From Raja brachyura (taxonomy: Eukaryota): a stretch of 64,000 bases of DNA. The translations under genes and the position numbers were made by a program. Position 1 is the stretch's first letter, and the number at the start of each line of letters is the position of its first letter. The DNA lies in contig OY740785.1 of assembly GCA_963514005.1 (NCBI GenBank), positions 108,066,001 through 108,130,000 of the forward strand, in the 5' to 3' direction. The notes under the pieces are model-generated. The model saw nothing but the letters and a program-made list of their open reading frames with translations, did not search any database and was not told the DNA's origin. Below, one piece after another: positions 25,915 to 39,555 of this stretch.

Positions 25915-27180
25915 CAGTGCCCTCAAAGTGTTTGGGACACAGTAATGTCATGTAAATTAAAGTAGCCATGTTTAGTATTTTATTCGATATTCTTTGCATG
26001 CAATGACTGCTTGAAGTCTACGATTCATGGACATCACCAGTTGCTGGGTGTCTTCTCTGGTGATGCTCTGCCTGGTCTGTATTGCAGCCATCATTATCTT
26101 ATGCTTGTTTTCAGGGCCAGTACCCGTCAGATTTCTATTCAGCATATAAAAGGTATGCACAATTGGGCTCAGATCGGGTGATTGACTTGGCCACTCAAGA
26201 ATTGAGCATTTTCTAGCTTTGAAAAACTCCTTTGTTGGTTTAGCAGTATGTTTGGGATCGTTGTCTTGCTGTACAATGAACTGCCGGCCAATTAGTTATG
26301 AGGCATTTGTTTGAACTTGAGCAGATAGGATGTGTTTATGCACTTCAGAATTCATTATGCTACTACCATCAGTCATTGTATCATCAATGAAGATAAGTGA
26401 GCCAGTATCTTCAGCAGCCATACATGCCCAAGCCATAACACCCCCATCAACGTGTTTCACAGATGAAGTGGTATGCTTGGGAGCTTGGACAGTTCCTTCT
26501 CTCCTCCTTACTTTGCTCTTGCCATCACTCTGCTATAAGTTAATCTTCGTCTCATCTGCCCACAAGACCTTTTTCCAGAACTGTGGTTGCTCTTTTAAGT
26601 ACTTCTTGGCAAACTGTAACCTGGCCATCCTATTTTTACCGTTAACCAGTGGTTTGCATCTTGCAGTGTTGCCTCTGTATTTCTGTTCATGAAGTCCTCT
26701 GCGGACAGTGGTCATTGACAAATCCACACCTGACTCCTGAAGAGTATTTCTGATCTGTCGGACAGGTGTTTTTTTCCCTTTATTATAGAGAGAATTCTTC
26801 TGTCATCAGCTGTGGATGTCTTCCTTGGTCTGCCAGTCCCTTTGTGATTAGTAAGCTCACCAGTGTTCTCTTTCTTCTTAATGATGTTCCAAACAGTTGA
26901 TTTTGGTCAGCCTAAGGTTTGGCTGATGTCTCTACCAGTTTGTCTTGTTTCTCAGTCTCATAATGGCTTCTTTGACTTTCATTGGCACAACTTTGGTCCT
27001 CATGTTGATAAACAGCAATTAAAGTTTCCAAAGGTGATGGAAAGACTGGAGGAAAGACTAGGTCCTGAGAGCTCTCTTATATTTGCATGAAGGAGGCAAT
27101 TAAACGCACCTGAGCAATTACAAACACCTGTGAAGCCAATAAATGATGGGTTTTTGTCCCAAACATTATGGAGGGCATTG
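25915..27180 (-). mobile_element. Tc1/mariner transposon (Tc1, DD34E type), both ends present, transposase pseudogenised
   Basis: TA TSDs; TIRs CAGTGCCCTC..TGTTTGGGACA / TGTCCCAAACATTATGGAGGGCATTG; transposase remnants GRPRKT, WKKVLWADETKINL, QQDNDPKHT, WPSQSPDLSPI(V) with stops/frameshifts, ATG ~27003 to stop 25972. Confidence 0.93.
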
Positions 27181-28203
27181 TATGCTACTGAAGATGTGCC
27201 TTGTGTATTGGATGGAATTCTAAACTAAGAATCGCCTTGTTATCCTTAGTGCACAGGTCAATAATTATCTGAAAATCAGCATCTCTAGGGGAAACAAAAT
27301 GTGATTGTTACAGTTTCTTGTGTTTATTCTAACAGATTTCCTACATTGCACAAGAACCAGAGAGCAGACCTGCGCAACTATCTACCTCATTGCAGACCCC
27401 CGGACTATCTCTGATCGGACTTTACTGGACTTAAAGTTATTTACGTTATTCCCTTTATCATGTATCTGTCCACTGTGGATGGCTCCATTGTAATCATGTA
27501 TTGTCTGTCCTCTGACTGGATAGCACGCAACAAAAGCTTTTCACTTCACCTCGCTACACGTGACACTAAACTAAACTCTAACTCAAACAAGAGTGACCGT
27601 GTGTCGGAAGTACAGCCTTTTACGTGCTTCAGGCGATTCCGAAAGGTCCAATAGAAATGTAAGTCCATTGTTCCCCTTCCATGCCAGTTTTCTAAAATGT
27701 TACACACATTTCCTAAATTGATCCTGCAGAGGGAGAACAAAATGCTAATAATCTAATGAAAATTCATCAGGTACAGGCACCGAAAGAGAGTTGCTGCCTT
27801 ACAGCGCCAGAGGTCTGGGTTCAATCCTGACTACGGGTGCTTTACAATCCCTGGATCTGGAGGTGTGCGTTTTCACACTTTGGTCCTGATGGATTTCTAT
27901 CAGAAAATGAAGGATAATGGCTCTTACAGGATTGGCATACCACGTAGAAAGAAAAACAAGTGAGCAAATGAAGAGCAAATTTGCAGATTTCTGCAAGTCC
28001 TCTTGATAGTTCTTGACTGAATGCCAGGACATTGACCGTGACATTTACATTTCATCAAGGCATATGAGATTCATTGAGTAACCAATGTGTACAATTAAAT
28101 CCTTGACAGTGAAAAAGACCGAGGTATTTATAAGCACAAAGGAAAAATAAAGATTCCAATTTCTACAAATATCCTAATTTTCCACTCCAATTTGGGAATC
28201 AAG

Positions 28204-29589
28204 ATCATAGAAACATAGAAACATAGAAAATAGGTGCAGGAGTAGGCCATTCGGCCCTTCGAGCCTGCACCGCCATTCAATGTGATCATGGCTGATCATC
28301 CAACTCAGTATCCCGTACCTGCCTTCTCTCCATACCCCCTGATCCCTTTAGCCACAAGTGCCACATCTAACGCCCTCTTAAATATAGCCAATGAACTGGC
28401 CTCAACTACCTTCTGTGGCAGAGAATTCCAGAGACTCACCACTCTCTGTGTAAAGAATGTTTTCCTCATTTCGGTCCTAAAGGAATTCCCCCTTATCCTT
28501 AGACTGTGACCCCTTGTTCTGGACTCCCCCAACATCGGGAACAATCTTCCAGCATCTAGCTTGTCCAACCCCTTAAGAATTTTGTAGGTTTCTATAAGAT
28601 CCCCCCTCAATCTTCTAAATTCCATCGAGTACAAACCGAGTCTATCCAATCTTTCCTCATATGAAAGTCCTGACATCCCAGGAATCAGTCTGGTGAATCT
28701 TCTCTGTACCCCCTCTATGGCAAGGATGTCTTTCCTCAGATTTGGAGACCAAAACTGTACGCAGTACTCCAGGTGTGGCCTCACCAAAACCCTGTACAAC
28801 TGCAGTAGAACCTCCCTGCTCCTATACTCAAATCCTTTCGCTATGAATGCTAACATACCATTTGCTTTCTTCACTGCCTGCTGCACCTGCATGCCTACTT
28901 TCAATGACTGGTGTACCATGACACCCAGGTCTCGTTGCATCTCCCCCTTACCTAATCTGCCACCATTCAGATAATAGTCTACCCTCATGTTTTTGCCACC
29001 AAAGTGGATAACCTCACATTTATCCACATTGTACTGCATCTGCCATGCATCTGCCCATTCACTCAGCCTATCCAAATCACCCTGCAGCCTCCAAGCATCC
29101 TCCTCACACCTAACTATACCCCCCAGCTTGGTATCATCTGCAAATTTGGAGATGTTGCATTGAATTCCCTCGTCCAAATCATTAATATATATTGTAAATA
29201 GCTGGGGTCCCAGCACTGAGCCTTGCGGCACCCCACTAGTCACTGCCTGCCATTCTGAAAAGGACCCGTTTACTCCTACCCTTTGCCTCCTGTCTGCTAG
29301 CCAGTTCTCTATCCACATCAATACTGAACCCCCAATACCGTGTGCTTTAAGTTTGTATGCTAATCTCTTATGCGGGACCTTGTCGAAAGCCTTCTGAAAG
29401 TCTAGATATAACACATCCACTGGTTCTCCCTTATCCACTCTACTAGTTACATCCTCGAAAAATTCTATCAGATTTGTCAGACATGATTTACCTTTCGTAA
29501 ATCCATGCTGACTTTGTCCAATGATTTCACCACTTTCCAAATGCGCTGCTATCCCATCTTTAATAACTGACTCTAGCAGTTTCCCCACT
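28204..29589 (-). mobile_element. Young CR1 LINE, 5'-truncated, open RT reading frame (427 aa)
   Basis: QHGF..YLDFQKAFD..GVPQGSVLGP..FADD; (TTTCTATG)n tail at 28204-28230. Confidence 0.96.
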
Positions 29590-32444
29590 CCCCACTATCA
29601 ATTTTCCTTCTTCCATAAACATAAACTAGCACTGATCCAGAATTTTCATAATAGTTTATTGTCAAATCTAAATACATCTCGCGAACATAAAGAGGAGAAA
29701 AATTGATGTATACTAATGTTAAAGTCATAAGGTAGAGTTCCGTCCGCTAGGATCAAGTGAGTAATGTAATTGTGCAAAGAACAGATGGTTGCAGGTTGGA
29801 TGAATGGTTGTGCTGAGGTATTTAATCTCGCTCTGCCAACTGTTGAACATATCTCAACTTTAGTGATCGCGGGTTAAAGAGTAAAAGGTTAAAAACAAAT
29901 CTGATGTCTTACCACTAATTTCTAACAGGTGATTCCTCCTGAACTATGTTTGGATATACATAAATCTATCTTGAGTACAACTTTCATGTTGATGATGTAG
30001 AAACACCCCAAATGTTATAAACGAGCTGGGTAAGAAGAAACAAATAAAATAGACAGATAAAGAAAGGGAACATTTTTATTTTGGGCAACAGGCTTTGTGA
30101 AAATAGAGCTGAAATTGCTGAAACTTCACATAATATCAAACGTGTGAGGTAGGTAGTGGGAAAACAGCCTTACATTGGAAGACCAAAGAGGATTTAAATC
30201 TAGATAGGTGATGGGTTGGGAATGGGAGTTAGAAAAAAATATATAGATGGCAAGGTCATAAAATAACTTGAAGATAAGAATTTTAAATTCATTGCAGTGG
30301 GATCATTCACATATCACGAGCTGATTGGATGATGGATTAGGAGGGCAAGCTAAGGAAAGGTGAAATTTATGAGGCATGGAGGATGTAGATTGGCAAAGAT
30401 CATGCTGGATAAGGCAAAATAAAGTGTGAATAATGAATGTTATGGTGGTCAGCCTGGATTTGGAGAGGGACATAATGTTAGATCATGACAGATTGGACTA
30501 TGTCATCATGTAATTTCTCACATGCAGAATGTGCAGTTTGCTGAATTCCTGAGGTACTTAAGAAAATGTTTGTACTTTCAAGAAAAGAGAACTGAAAAGG
30601 GGTTAAAAACGGAACAAAATGAATAGACATGCAAATGATTTTATAAAATCAGAAAATTCTGACTAAAATAACAGGAAACTGACTAGAACCCATTTTCATT
30701 AAGAACACAACTGGAAAGAGATTTTGATCTCTGTTGTCTTTTGCAGCTTTTGAAACGTTTCGGCATTCCAATCGAGGAATGCAGTGTCATATTTACTCTG
30801 AACTCTTTGGACGTTTATTTGCACTGTTTCCTTTCTTTGGGACATTTTCCTTTTTAAGACTCTTCAGACTCTCTGCTTTCTATTTACTGAGGTGCTATTG
30901 ACTCATTTTCAAATCTCATCAGTCTTGAAGGAATGCCCTATCTTGGTTATGTTGTCGTTAAGGGCATATTCTTTTGCCTTTTTTTTGCAAATGATAGACT
31001 TCATTTACTTCCTAGTCATTTAAGAACTAATACTTCTCCACTTGAGTTCTAGACTACATTTGTAACTGGGACGTAAGTGAGGTTCATTTTCTTATCTGCA
31101 TCATGCCACTAATTAAAGTAAATTGACAACAGGGACTAAAGCTTTTTGTGTAACAGAGAATGGAATTGAATGGAGTGCCAAAAGGTCGCCATATCCCATT
31201 ATATTCCTATGTGAAGGGCTGGCTTCTATGTCCTGCCCTTGTTTGTTTTGTGCAGTCCAAGCAAATTGCTTACTACTCGTCTGCATCTCTGGTTTGCCCA
31301 GCTGTCTTTGAATAAAGACATCGACTCTCGCAAATGTTAACGGACAGTGATTGACAATCTCGTGATGAACACTGGTTCCAACTCAGCTACTGCTCTTCAA
31401 GTCTGCGGCAGAATGGAGTGAATACGGTGACTGTGCTTCACGCTGACATGAGCAAGCCTCCTGTTCCCGCAGCTCCTTCCATATTGCTCTGCGCCCCTTG
31501 AATGAAAACCTCAATCTGTGCAGCAAATGGCTTACAACAAGGCAACCTTGGAGCCACTCGGCAGGTCATTTTTAGATTAGCCAGACACAGAACAAGACCT
31601 TTTCCATTTTTGAAATCTAATGATTACGGGTTTTGTGTATTAATTATTAATATAAACAAAACAACAGAATACACCAGGTATATTATAATTTAGCATGTTA
31701 TCTCAGAGAAATTAATTTCTTGTTCATGTGCATTTTAAATTAACCATGTCATATTTTCTTCCATTCTTGCCTTTGTTATATAAACAATCAAAACTCCATT
31801 AAGATGTATTAACGAAACAAGGAGACATAATGTAAATCTGAATTGTTGTGGATGGTTAATTTCATATTTTGTTTCGACATTTATTGCTTCATAAGGATTC
31901 CAGTCAGGTTTTGAATTAGCAAATCAGTGTCAGTATTTAGGGCCAATTTTAGTTTCAGCTGAAAAATTTACAAATTTCAAGAGTGCATACATGCTCTCAC
32001 TGTGCAGAAGGGTTAAAGTGTTAACATAATTTGTGCTATTCCACATTGCAATAATGACTATTTTACTGAATATTTCTATGTTAATATCCTCAAATGCCCC
32101 ATACAATATAAAGAAGATGAGAGTACTTTTTTGTGAAATTGTCACCCATTATTATTTTGACCATTTCTTCCGAAAAACCCAGGCATATTCAGGATCTTAA
32201 AGTTGAAGACCAGGATTTTGTTTTAGCTAAAAGGCAAATGCCTATTCAACAGCAGCATTTAAGAATGAGCAGCCATGTGCAGTGCAACAATATAGGTTTT
32301 GCACAAAATCAAGACATGAAGTGACTGTGGTCCAAGCGCAGATTTGCTGATTGACTGAATTAGTATAAATAGCACACCGATGAACAAAAAGGAAATTCGG
32401 GACTGCGCTGCAATATCAAATATAACAATAACATCTCTATAAGG

Positions 32445-32610
32445 TAAGATGCAAAAAACTGGAGTAACTCAGCGGGTCTTACAGCATCTCTGGAGAAAAG
32501 GAATAGGTGATGTTTTGGGTCGAGACCCTTCTTCAGACTGAGAGTAAGGGGAAAGGGAAACGAGAGGTATAGACGGTAACATAGAGAGATATAGAACAAA
32601 TGAATTATGC
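32445..32610 (-). mobile_element. Penelope-derived short element with mutated hammerhead core
   Basis: Minus reads CTGAAGAAGGGTCTCGACCCAAAACATC. Confidence 0.75.
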
Positions 32611-33569
32611 AAAGGCAGGTTCATTCTCTTGTTAAAGATGCCTTTTTTGCAGCTGTCCTTTCAAGTTACAATCATTAAAAATTATTTCCTACTCCATTTT
32701 CCTTCGCCATCCCCTCTCTTCCTTGCTAAAATACAGTTCCCTGACCACAATTTAAAACACATTTCAAAAACATCATCTTGATATCATAGACCCACTACCC
32801 TGTGTGTAAAAAAGTTGCCCTCAGGTTCCTGTTAAATCTTCCCCCTCCCTCACCGTATTGTGGGTAAGTCTTCAGGGAACAAAGCAGCTTTTTAAATTTT
32901 TTTAAAAAAGGGCATATCAAACAGAAAACCATAATTTATCCCCATTGGTGTAATTTGAAATTGAGTAATGTTGTTTGAGAAAATTGTGAATACTTGCTTT
33001 TTCAAAAGTTGTTACAACACTTTGATGCGAATTCAAAAATAACCACAAGAAAAACAAATAGATTTGTTCCAAAAATTTTATATTCTCATGACAGGGTAGA
33101 ACATGTTGCCTGTAAAGCAATCCACCGGAACCTTTCCCCACTAATTTAAAAGGTTAGGAAATAATGCAGCTAGTCAGTCAGTGTTATGAAAAATAATCCT
33201 TTCACTCCAAACTTACTCAGCGTGAGACTACCTAGACAATGGGATTTTAAAAAAATTGCCTCCATGTTTCTTCTGTGAGAAGATACAAGAAGCAGCTTTG
33301 GAGACCATCCCTAACTCTGTCTTTAGAATACAAAACACGCACATTTTTATGTGTGTCATCGAAATGTGTGTTGATACCAACTCCACTGCTTCATGATGCC
33401 TGCTTGGTACAAAAGAGCAAGCAAATGTAAGCCAACCATTAGTCTTCCTTGCACTATTCCCGTCACACCATCAAGTCCACCTGCCACTGTCTTCTACGGA
33501 CAGTATGGGAACGTCAAATGGTGGCGTAAGGAATTTTCTTGCAGAGCAACTGTAGTTCTATCCTATACA

Positions 33570-33775
33570 AGTATACATTCTCCTTGTGACCGCGTGGGTT
33601 TCTCTGGGTTTCCTCCTACATTCCAATGATGTACAGGTTTGTAGGTCAATTGGCTTTGGTAAAATTGTAAATTGTTCTCAGTGTGGATAGTGCTAGTGTA
33701 AGGGGTGTCACTGCTTGGCACGGACTCAGTGGCCGTAGGGCCTGTTTCGGCACTGTATCTCTAAAGTCTAAAGCT
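33570..33775 (+). mobile_element. HE1-like SINE (5'-truncated)
   Basis: gtgaccgcgtgggttttctc..acaggtttgtagg..gggcctgtttc..ctaaagtctaaag. Confidence 0.75.
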
Positions 33776-34554
33776 CATTTGGATCAGATCCTTAGTGTGC
33801 ACCTTACATGCTTCAGCCAATAGAAACTAAGAAAATCCAGTGCAGGAATAGGCCATTCGGCCCTTCGAGCCAGCACCGCCATTCAATGTGATCATGGCTG
33901 ATCATTTAATACTAGTACCTCGTTCTTGCTTTTCCCCCCAAATCCTTTTAGCCCTAAGAACTAAATCTAACTCTCTCTTGAAAACATCCAGTGAATTGGC
34001 CAGTCAATTTAACTGGGATCCTTCCTGCATATGACTTCCATATCTACAGAGATGCCATTGATGTCAAATGAGATGCTATGTATGTTTTGACATTGTTTGT
34101 GTGAATTAATTTGGATGAATGAGGCCCACGAAAGGCACAGGCTACTCATGCCTAAAAAAGAGCAAGTTTAAAGGGGACCGATATTAGCACAAATTCTGTT
34201 GAACCTGAGGTGTGAACTTTTTGTGCAGGTGGATCATTCTTGAAGCACTTTTCGCATCTTCCATGTCATTAGACATTCTACTCATGTCTGCAGTGAATAA
34301 TCCTTTGGTCTCCGCATCGAGGGTCCAATCAGCTTGTGTGCTCAAGCACCTCACCCCTAGATGGTGAGTTCATCTACCTCTTATATTCCACCTTGCTCTG
34401 GACAGAATGGATGCACAAGCCTCACATCCTCACCCCCATTCAACTACATGTCTGGAACTCCCATCGCTGATGCCCTGTCCCCTGAATTTCCTAATGCTCC
34501 TTAACTCAACATGTGACGCTCCTGCTTTTATTCTCTACCCTCGAGGTTCTTCCT

Positions 34555-34690
34555 CCAGTCTAAAGAAGGATCCTGACCCAAAACATAATCTATCCATGTT
34601 CTCCTAAGATGCTGCCTGACCTACTGAGTCACTCCAAGGCGGTGTGTCCTTTTGTGTATTAACCAGCATTTGCTGTTCATTGTTTCTCCA
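34555..34690 (+). mobile_element. Decayed Penelope-derived short element
   Basis: gtctaaagaaggatcctgacccaaaac..agatgctgcctgacc..accagcatttgc. Confidence 0.6.
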
Positions 34691-36189
34691 TTCCTCCTAC
34701 CAGCAAGAATCCTAGCCTACCCGACCCACCAACATTACAACAGCAGTGCAAGGAAATTTATCAGTTCACTCAGGCAGGCAAGTTGAATTGCTTAATTGCA
34801 ACAGGTTTTGCACAAAACTCTTTTTGCTGCCTGTGAACATGCAAAAAAAAGTACCACTTGCTCCCTGAACAGGTTCTTCCACCATGGAAGAATTTCCATC
34901 CCACTATTTTACTTAGTGAGATCGACCGGACACAAATGTGACCATGCACTCAGTTTGCCTGCAGCAATTTTTGATGTATAAAGTTAACCATTCAAGATAC
35001 TGGAGGTCTACCTAAATGCCACAGGGGTGTAAGGTGAAGTTGCCTTACCACTTCATCATCTGGCTATTGAAAGTGAACAAGACCTAATCTTTAAACTGTT
35101 TGCCTGATGAGAGATGTGCAATAAGGTTGTAGTTAATGGACACCAGACTTTAGGGCAATGTTGATTAATCTGTAACACATGAAGGTGACAAAACAAGACT
35201 TCATTATTTCTACACATTCCAGTGTGTACACTGGAGCACAGGTCTTTTTGTAGCTGCATTATAAATGTTACCTTGAAGGTCTTAATGTATGCATCATCTA
35301 CACCAAATCACGAACTACAAAATAGTTTGATCTGAAGTCAAATCTCGACTACGGAGAGAAACGCGTTAAAGAAGGATCTTATGTAAGTTTTACACATCAT
35401 CAGATAAGATAAATCCTCATTAATACTTTAACAGAAAAAAAGCTAAGAAATCAACCCTGGAGGGTGTAAACATAAATTAGTGAAAAATTAATTTCAATAA
35501 GATACGAGGAGGAATTCCTTCTTGCAAAGGTGGAAACAAATATAGTGTTAAAAGTTATTATAAACACTGCTGATAACAGGGAACATTGTAAAACTGGGAA
35601 GTCAGGAATTGATGGAACAAATAGCCATTCAACTTCCAAACTTAAAAAAAAAACCTTTTAAGGGCAACTTATTCGACCCATAATAGAATTACATAGAATT
35701 GTAACACCCAGATGATTAATCTAAGAATAGCTAAGAGTTGATTTTTCAAAGTAAATTTTATTGCTTTGTTTGTTTATTTCTAGGACGTTGATTTTGTTGG
35801 CAACATCATCATTTATTCTCTGTTCCTAATTGTCCCTGAATGGAGTTAAAAGATGACCACAATGATGAGTTTAAAATGACACTAACATTATTTCCATTCC
35901 TGAAATAAAAGAGAGAATCTGATTTTATTTGAAAGACGATCCAATAATGAAGATTTATTTAATGATTTAATATCTCTCAGTCATGGTGGGATTCAAAGTC
36001 ATGTTTCACGATCGATGGCCCTGAGATCTGCTACAAGCCGAGTAATTCAGCCACTGTTCCATGGAAGTGGTAGAAGAGAAGGAGGGCATGTAAGGGAGGC
36101 AATGCAAAAAACGTTTCAGAATGAATAGATTGGGAAAATGGGATGTAACGCCCACACTCCTCTGCAGAGTAATCTTATTCAACTATAAT

Positions 36190-36460
36190 AATAGAGTTGC
36201 TGCCTTACAGCATCAGGGACCAGGGTTCTATGATGACTATGGGTGCTGTTTGTAGGGAGTTTGTACGTTCTACACATGACTGCATGGGTTTTCTCTGATT
36301 TCCTCCCAAACGCCAAAGAACTACAGGTTTGTAGGTTAATTGGCTTTGGTAAAGATTGTAAATTATCCCGAGTGTTAAGGATAGTGCTGGTTTACGGGGG
36401 ATCACTGGTCGGTGCGGTCTCGGTGGGCAAAGGGCCTGTTTCTGCGCTGTACCTCTCAAC
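36190..36460 (+). mobile_element. HE1-like tRNA-derived SINE
   Basis: tagagttgctgccttacagc..gggttc head and conserved body; tail resumes at 37381 after the Vingi insertion. Confidence 0.8.
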
Positions 36461-36461
36461 T

Positions 36462-37372
36462 TCTTCTTCGAGTCCATTGCAATCTCAGATGTCGTTCTGC
36501 CAGTATCTGGTGCAGGTCACAGCTGGTCGGGCCGGTTCAGCCAGGTCCTGGGGGCAGCACTGGGGGGCATCGTCACACTCCAGTAGGTGGGACATTGTTT
36601 GTACTGCTCCACAGCTGCATGTGTCGTCTGCATGGTACTTCCATGCTTTCGTAAGTGCTTTGCACCTCCCCTGCTCCACTCATAATCTGTTGAGGGTCTT
36701 CCAGGTTGGCCATGGGAGGTCGTGCCCGCTGGCGAGGCATTCAGTCGCAGTGAATCCTCTCTCCATCCAGTCGTGGGCTCGTGTGTTGAGCTGGTTCCAT
36801 TCATCTTTCCAGATGTTGGTCCTTGCTGTTTCTTTGGTTGTCTGGAGAGGTGGGACTGTCAGCAAGAAACTGGCTCTGGATTTCAGTCGGGGTGTAGGTG
36901 CTGTGTGTCCGTGCAGGGGGTGCCTGGTATCGATTTCTTGTGCTCTCCGCTCGTCTTGGGCGACGATGGATCGTCTGATATGGGGGGGGGGGGGGGGGGG
37001 GGGGAGCAATACCAGCTTGGGCGTAGAGGCACGGGACTGGCGTTGTTCTTATGCATCCCGCGATAATGCGGCAGGTGTCGTTGAGGGCTGTGTCAACCAG
37101 TTTGGTGTGGTGGGAGCAGCTCCAGCTTGAGCACGCGTATTCAGCTGTGGAGAAGCACAGGGCTAGGGCAGTTGCACGGATGGTTGGTGGATCAGCGCCC
37201 CGCTTTGAGTTTACCAGTTTGCGCAGGATGTTGTTGCGAATGTTGACCTTGGCTTTGGTGTTGTGAAGGTGGGTTTTGAAAGAGAGTGTCCTGTCGAGTG
37301 TGACTCCGAGGTACACGGGGTGGAAGTGGTTGGAGAGTTTGTGGCCATCCCATGAGACGCTCAGTTGTTTTT
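36462..37372 (-). mobile_element. Vingi/Ingi-clade LINE, 5'-truncated, 9-bp TSD
   Basis: PVYLGVTLDRTLSF..ALALCFSTAEYA..WKTLNRL..CSCGAVQTMSHLLEC (CCHC); (GAA)n 3' tail; CTCTCAACT at 36453-36461 and 37373-37381. Confidence 0.82.
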
Positions 37373-37879
37373 CTCTCAACTGAACTAATACTACAACAAT
37401 TGTTTCCAGCAGGTATGAAAATTTTTATTTTTTAATCTGGGAAATCAAAATTTTGGGCCATTTTGCCCAGTAACAAAAACATTTTTTTATTTTTGATTAA
37501 TATTGTACAACGAATAATTTATTTTCTAATGTCTGGAATATGATTGTATTTCTAAGCCTATAGTCAAATCCCTTGGAAGATATGGTTGAAAGTTAGGAGA
37601 GTAAAATCAAAGGCTCTGTGCCAAATGTGACTGAATGAAAAGAATAGCTCTCGGCAAGTTCAACACAGGAAGTTGGGTCCTATTAGAAACAAAATTATTA
37701 GTTCTGAAAGATTCAGAAGATCAAGTTAAGACATAAACATCTGTAATATGTTTTAAATATTAGTTTGATAATTATGCTCTTTCTTTCCTCTTTTTCTTAC
37801 GCTGAGAAATTTTCAATGCAACTAACCATTAAGCCAGCTTGAATAACATCACCACTGCCAAATGCAGAGAGAGCCTGAA

Positions 37880-38770
37880 CTGCCCCTGATCAGTAAAGGC
37901 AAGGCCAGCAGCATAATCAAGAACAAGTTGCACACTGGCCACCCCCTCTCTCCCCCTCTCCCCCCCTCTCCCATCAGGCAAAAAGTATAGGAGTGTGAAA
38001 ACTGACACCTCCAGATTCAGGAACAGTTTCTTCCCAGCTGTTATCAGGCAACTAAATCATCCTACCACAACCGGAGAGCAACGTTGAACTACTATCTACT
38101 TCTTTGGTGACTCGGACTATCCTTGATCGGACTTTGCTGCCTTGCACGAAACAATATTCCATTATCATGAATGAATATTTTATTGTCACATGTGACAAGG
38201 CAATGAATGTTTTTGCTTGCAGACACAAGGTATGCAAAAGTCCCCATATCATGGTGCTGCCAAAGTTACAAAGTATCCATGCCGGATCCCAAATTGTTAA
38301 TTGTTCCCCCCCTCTCCCCCCGAGGCCCTCCTTTGTGCTTTCCCTCGTCCGTTGACCGATGCCCCTATCGACCGCCGCACCGTCCTCTCTGGACACCTCC
38401 GTGACGCCGATGCAGGCCTCAACAGCATGGCTCTGTCGATTTACGATCTCGGCCACGGGCTCTGACCTCAACCTCTGCCAAACCAGGCTCCGTCAGGCGT
38501 GGGCTACGACCTAGGCCACAGTCTCCACCGGCCCTGATGCGCGGGGGCTACAACCGCACCGCTTTTGTCAGCCATGGGTTCCGACCCGCGGGCGCTCCGC
38601 CTTCGGCTACTCCACGGCCTGATGGGAGGTGTCTACTGCAGCAGCACGCCCGGAGGCGACTATGTATCTGTACACTGTAAATGGCTCCATTGTAGTCATA
38701 TATTGTCTTGCTTGCAACAAAGGCTTTTCACTGTACCTCGGTTCACATGTGAATAAACTAAGCTGGACTA
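37880..38770. mobile_element. Rex1-type remnant split by an antisense CpG-rich retroposon (~38165-38660)
   Basis: ccagcagcataatcaagaac..ccagattcagg..ttcccagctgttatcagg resumes at ~38661 and ends gtgaataaactaa; insert begins ttttattgtcac. Confidence 0.6.
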
Positions 38771-39084
38771 AATTTTAAAGGGGACATCAACATTCAAAAT
38801 CACTGGATCCCATGGTGCAGGTTTGATTGAGGTCATCATTTGCTAGTCACTGAAAATCCAGGGTTCATATCCCTTTCGCCCTTGCATGGCTCAGAAATTA
38901 ATTTTTAGCCATTGCCATGTTCTCAGAATTCCTGAAACAATTAATGTTGAACCAATACTTTAAGGGAGACACAAGCATAAAGAGCTAGAGATCAAGCAAA
39001 AGAATGTCTAAGCCACAAAATAACTTGAAGTATATTTTCAATGACACGAACTGAGATGGCAACTCAAGATGGAATTCAAATGGA

Positions 39085-39555
39085 TATAAGGAACTGCAGG
39101 TGCTGGTTTACAAATCAAGACAAAGTGCTGGAGTAACTCAGCGGGTTAGGCAGCATCTCTGGAAAACATGGGTCGGTGACGTTTCGGGTCGGGACGATTA
39201 TGGGGAGAAGGCAGGAGAATGGGGTTTGGAAGGAGTGATAGATCAGCCATGATTGAATGAAGGAGTAGACTTGATGGACCGAATGGCCTATTATCACATG
39301 ATCTTAAGACTGATTGTGGGTGGGGGAGCAAGAAAGCTGGAAGAGAGGAGGGGCAGAACAAAGCCTTGTGGGTAATAAGTTGATACAGATGCTGGGGGGG
39401 GGGGTGGGGGGGGGGGGGTGGGGGGGGGGGGGGTGGTTGATAGCAGATGGTGGACAAAGGCCAAAGATGATGTTTCGGGTTCCAACCCGAACCATCACCT
39501 ACCCATGTTCTCCAGAGATGCTGCCTGACCCGCTGAGTTACTCCAGCACTGTGTG
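39085..39555. mobile_element. Fold-back Penelope-derived element with nested CR1 tail (~39197-39300)
   Basis: Tail and arm at 39085-39195, complementary arm at ~39495-39552. Confidence 0.7.

Noticed and set aside
36243-37130. 295-aa plus-strand ORF
   Set aside because: Antisense shadow of the Vingi LINE fused to SINE sequence; no independent protein features
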